A program made the position numbers and the translations under genes. Below the pieces are notes generated by a model. That model was not told the DNA's origin and searched no databases. It saw nothing but the letters and a program-made list of their open reading frames with translations. This document shows, piece after piece, positions 16,503-20,000 of a stretch of DNA of 20,000 nt. The stretch is from an uncultured virus (IMG/VR IMGVR_UViG_3300031813_001387) (Duplodnaviria > Heunggongvirae > Uroviricota > Caudoviricetes): IMG/VR virus record IMGVR_UViG_3300031813_001387. One strand, 5' to 3'. Each line of letters starts with the position of its first letter. Within the stretch, counting starts at the first letter, position 1.

Positions 16503-17009
16503 ATGGCTAGGATAGCGTGCGTCCGCAACGACGCACAGGTCACCAAAGAATCCAGGAGAAGTGATGAAGCAGACCGCCGAGAAGTTGTAGTGCAGCACTT
16601 TCAGCCACGAGTGGGTCCTGGCATCCGGGGATACGACAGATCAATCAACAACAGCGCAGAGTACTTCAATTTCTTGCAGGATGCTCAGTCGTGTCTCTGC
16701 CCGAAGTGCGGGGATGACGGGCACCTGGCGCGCGTGCAGAGAGGCACTTCTGGCTCCCCCCGCAAACCTGCCCCTAGCGACGGCGCCTCCCGGGAGGCTG
16801 GAAACCTCGACGAGTTCACGGCGCGAAAACCCCGCTTCTCGCTGGAAAACGATGTGATCTTCTCTGCCACGTCGCAAGGCAAAAATTGGATCCCTGTGTT
16901 GGACGATATTCGGAACTTTTTACTAAGCCCATCGGTATCTTTTTTAGCCGGCCTGCAACCGCTAAGGGAACCCGATAGCGCTACCCGCCTGGGCCGGGCC
17001 CTGCCTTAG
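16503..17009 (+). CDS. Doubtful hypothetical ORF / gene remnant with CxCxxC
   Basis: 168-aa ORF containing CLCPKCG; no clear RBS. Confidence 0.3.
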   Translation: MARIACVRNDAQVTKESRRSDEADRREVVVQHFQPRVGPGIRGYDRSINNSAEYFNFLQDAQSCLCPKCGDDGHLARVQRGTSGSPRKPAPSDGASREAGNLDEFTARKPRFSLENDVIFSATSQGKNWIPVLDDIRNFLLSPSVSFLAGLQPLREPDSATRLGRALP

Positions 17010-17051
17010 AAGCAGCGAAACTCTCCAGATCTTTTCGACACCATTTTCCCC

Positions 17052-17254
17052 TTGAAGATTGACGGCGGGCAAGGTATAATCTCCTATTCTATTTTGGAAC
17101 CATCCTCCATGGCTGCTTAGCTGGGTCTTTGTGTGACGGCTTCCAATTGAGTGTCCATCAGTGGGATGCCCAGACCCAGGGAAACTAGCCCCAGCAGCAG
17201 GCAGTCGACGTCAAACGATTTTATACCTTGACAATCGGGTCTAGAGCGTATAAT
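17052..17254 (+). promoter_or_regulatory. Two sigma70-like promoters upstream of the peptidase gene
   Basis: TTGAAG-17 bp-TATAAT (17052-17080) and TTGACA-15 bp-TATAAT (17228-17254). Confidence 0.55.
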
Positions 17255-17367
17255 TAACTGCATTAAATTAGCCGGAGCAGGGTATGTAAACATCCTGCAA
17301 GCGCTGGCGATTGGGGGCAAAGTGCTCCAAATACTAAGAGCCGCCGGAAGGCTTCTGGACTGACTGC

Positions 17368-18513
17368 ATGAGTGTAACTCACCTTGACCTCTCTACTTCA
17401 AACTCTGTGCTCTCGGAGCAGCGGCAAGCTCTGGGCGGCGGCAGGGAATTACCACCCCTACTTTTCGTATCACACGAGCCTACCCTCTCACAAAACATTG
17501 GCGCAGGAGAATCAAAACGAGTTTTTGATTTAATCTGCTCGTCCGGTCAGTCTCTATGTCTTGTTCAAAATCCCCTCAACGCCCTCTCCGAGATTCTCGA
17601 TGTGTTGCATCGAAAAGACGTCGAATACGAAGGTGTTGTCATTGTAGGGAATTATGATGTGGTCCCATCTAGAAGACTTGATACCCTCCCCACTTCGTTG
17701 CGGAAGTCGCTCGGCAGCACAGCGTCAGGAGATGTCGACAACTTCACGATTTGGAGCGACGAAGCTTATGGAGACTTGGATCAAAATGGTGGTTGGGGTC
17801 TTCCAGTCTCTCGTATTCCCGACGGAAAAAGCTTCAACGTTATCATGAATGCACTTACGGCCATTCGGCCTACGGCTCATCAACAAAGGTTTGGAATTAG
17901 GAATTCTGCTAGGCCTTTTGCTGCCGGGCCGTATGCCCTGCTTCCTGGGACTCAAGAGCTCCTGGTGAGTGAGCCAACGCATTCGGTCACGCTTGGGCCT
18001 AAGGGCGCTACTGCATCTGCCGTCTACGTAATGCTACACGGGTCAGACAATGACGCCACGCGGTTTTGGGGTGAAGGCAAGACAGGTGCGGTAGAGGCTC
18101 TTAATTTATCAAACATACCTGACGATATGGCTGGCGTAGTTTTTGCTGGATGCTGTTGGGGAGCTTTACCAGTGAACATAAAAGCTGTACAATGGAGTCT
18201 TGGGATTCCGATCAGTGGCCGGACCGCAGAAACGTCGATTGCCATGGCTTATCTAAAAGCAGGAGCGTTGGCGTTCATAGGTTGCACAGGTGTTCATTAT
18301 TCGCCAACGCAGCCACCGTACAATTATTATGGCGGTCCGATGCACAAGCTCTTCTGGACCAATTATCTGGCCGGTCTATCACCAGCTAGTGCTTTGTTTG
18401 CCGCGAAAGGCCAATATGTAAATGGAATCCCCCACGGCCCCAATGATGACGCATCCGTTGCAATTGAATTAAAGATCCTCAGGCAATATAAGTGCCTAGG
18501 ACTAGGGTGGTAG
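17368..18513 (+). CDS. Peptidase C25 (gingipain)/caspase-fold cysteine peptidase-like protein, no signal peptide
   Basis: VVIVGNYDVVP, SDEAYGDLD, LPVSRIP, putative catalytic YVMLHGS and VFAGCCWGA, and AYLKAGALAFIGCT follow the C25 motif order. Confidence 0.75.
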   Translation: MSVTHLDLSTSNSVLSEQRQALGGGRELPPLLFVSHEPTLSQNIGAGESKRVFDLICSSGQSLCLVQNPLNALSEILDVLHRKDVEYEGVVIVGNYDVVPSRRLDTLPTSLRKSLGSTASGDVDNFTIWSDEAYGDLDQNGGWGLPVSRIPDGKSFNVIMNALTAIRPTAHQQRFGIRNSARPFAAGPYALLPGTQELLVSEPTHSVTLGPKGATASAVYVMLHGSDNDATRFWGEGKTGAVEALNLSNIPDDMAGVVFAGCCWGALPVNIKAVQWSLGIPISGRTAETSIAMAYLKAGALAFIGCTGVHYSPTQPPYNYYGGPMHKLFWTNYLAGLSPASALFAAKGQYVNGIPHGPNDDASVAIELKILRQYKCLGLGW

Positions 18514-18523
18514 GAGGCAGAAC

Positions 18524-18871
18524 ATGTCTACCAGAAAGATGATTTCAACTCCAGAAGAGATTGCAAGTAGGCATAATCCGACATGGGAAGTTGCCGACAC
18601 TGGAGCCAGTACAGGCTCTAGCGCTGTCGAAGCAGATGATGTCTCTCCAAACCTAGACATCTTGCGCAAAAAGTTTTCCGCCCCCCAAAAGGCATCAGCT
18701 ATCAAGAAAACAATAAGATCATCTAGCGACGCAGTTTTTTCGTCTTCCCGGACAGCTACGACGGGTACGGCTTCTTTCGTGCGAATGAATTTGAAAGACC
18801 CCTCTGATTCCACCACTCGTAGCAAAACTGTAGTTGTGCTTGGCGGTAAAATCCTCGGCGAAAGCGGGTAG
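18524..18871 (+). CDS. Hypothetical protein (115 aa), Ser/Thr-rich, C-terminal beta-rich end
   Basis: AGGAGG RBS, 10 bp after the peptidase stop; ends ...KTVVVLGGKILGESG. Confidence 0.75.
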   Translation: MSTRKMISTPEEIASRHNPTWEVADTGASTGSSAVEADDVSPNLDILRKKFSAPQKASAIKKTIRSSSDAVFSSSRTATTGTASFVRMNLKDPSDSTTRSKTVVVLGGKILGESG

Positions 18872-18999
18872 ATCCCGCAGTAGTGCAATTAAGCCGAACC
18901 CTCATCGCTATTATGCTTCATAACTTGCAGCTTTGGCTGTTTTTGACCTATGACCGCTGCCATTAAATGCAGTCGCGTCAAGAAGTATCGGAGAAGTCA

Positions 19000-19179
19000 A
19001 TGGGAAAAGAGCAAGCAACATTTGGTAACGCTACTCTTGCATTCAAAATGGCATCTCAATTCGGGGCGAAGAAAGCTATCCCGATCCACATGCGGTATGC
19101 GAAACAGGCGATGTCTTTCATTCGTAAGGTAGAGAAAGCACACAAAGCCGCTGCCTGCAGTGAGACTGTATTTGGCTAA
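19000..19179 (+). CDS. Small basic protein (59 aa)
   Basis: GGAG RBS before ATG 19000; TAATG coupling to the next gene. Confidence 0.6.
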   Translation: MGKEQATFGNATLAFKMASQFGAKKAIPIHMRYAKQAMSFIRKVEKAHKAAACSETVFG

Positions 19180-19943
19180 TGGATACGCACAGAAAGGTTG
19201 GTGCCTTAACCCACAGAGTTCTCCCCCTAGACCAGCCTTTTTCTTTCTTCACTTTCATTGAAGACGAATTCGATGGTTGCGTCAGCATCCGCAGGATCTT
19301 TTCCCTCGCCCGTTCCGCCAAGGCCCGCACACTAATCATCGAGGAAATCCCTCCTGTCGGGATCATCTTCGAAGAAAACGAAGATATCATATCTCGGTTT
19401 CCTGAGTATACGCCTAGTGGACTCTTTCGAGTTTCCTTCTGGACAGAGGAGTGCCGCAAGGATGCCGCACCGAATCCTGGGAGTTTGGTCGGTTATGCAA
19501 TTCTTAAAGAGGATCGGGTTCAGTCTTCAGAGACCGCTTGGTACATTTTTGAGGCGGTTTTCCCCAAAAATCCCCATCCACACAACTGTATACCTCGTCC
19601 TCGATCATATACAGTGCGTGTGCTCGAACAGACATTAGAAATCGCCGGCCTACTTTATTGCCAGCAAAACTCATTAAACAAAGCCTGCGCTCAAGTGGCT
19701 TTAAGAAGCCTGCTGTCTCGTCTGCTGCCTGCAGGTGATATTTCGTATCGTACGATAAACGGTTTAGCTGAACTTGAAGGTGGCTACTTTACGTGGGGAG
19801 AGGGACTCTCTATTAAACAGATGCGTCGAGTCGTGAAAGAGCTTGGATTTCACTTTAATGACGTCGACTATATGCAAGGGAACTCCAAAGACCGGAGAAA
19901 ATTACCTTATCAAAAATTCGCCTATGCTGGACTTGAGTCAGGG
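19179..19943 (+). pseudogene. Papain-fold/C39-like peptidase-domain protein interrupted by an IS
   Basis: YCQQNSLNKACAQVALRSLL (Q..C), GLSIKQM..V and YAGLESG are present; the frame then enters IS terminal sequence before the expected catalytic His region. Confidence 0.62.
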
Positions 19944-20000
19944 TGTAAATCGGCGTGCAATAATGACCCACTTTGGGGGGTAATAGGCGTCCAAAATTGA
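19944..20000. mobile_element. Terminus of an IS21-family insertion sequence
   Basis: Begins TGTAAATCGGCGTGCAATAATGACCC and repeats the motif as GGCGTCCAAAATTGA (19986-20000). A TG end with reiterated subterminal repeats is typical of IS21. Confidence 0.75.

Noticed and set aside
18524..18871. Bacterial gasdermin next to the protease
   Set aside because: At 115 aa and largely low-complexity, it is much shorter than typical gasdermins and shows no recognisable similarity.

Overview
This is a high-GC deltaproteobacterial chromosome segment; gene content and style suggest Geobacteraceae (inference). Bases 1-7022 are core genome: class II ribonucleotide reductase nrdJ (partial, minus strand, missing from the ORF track) with tandem NrdR boxes, a GAF-GGDEF diguanylate cyclase, a secreted beta-helix protein, rph-rdgB, a ~120-bp tandem REP/BIME-like array, and tRNA-Pro/Arg/His. 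An ~9.0-kb lower-GC element is integrated in the 3' end of tRNA-His, flanked by 22-bp direct repeats at 7006-7027 and 15989-16010. It carries a large tyrosine integrase, a second small tyrosine recombinase with an adjacent res-like site, a divergent Rep_trans rolling-circle initiator with candidate nick site and single-strand-origin hairpins, an XRE regulator, a BRCT protein, a lipoprotein and small orphans. No capsid, Zot or T4SS genes are recognisable, so it looks like a satellite or integrative mobilisable replicon. After tRNA-Leu(TAG) a second accessory region begins. It holds a cytoplasmic C25/caspase-fold peptidase with a small partner, then a small peptide with a papain/C39-like protein that is interrupted at 19944 by the end of an IS21-family element. 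All family calls come from motif recognition by eye, not database searches.
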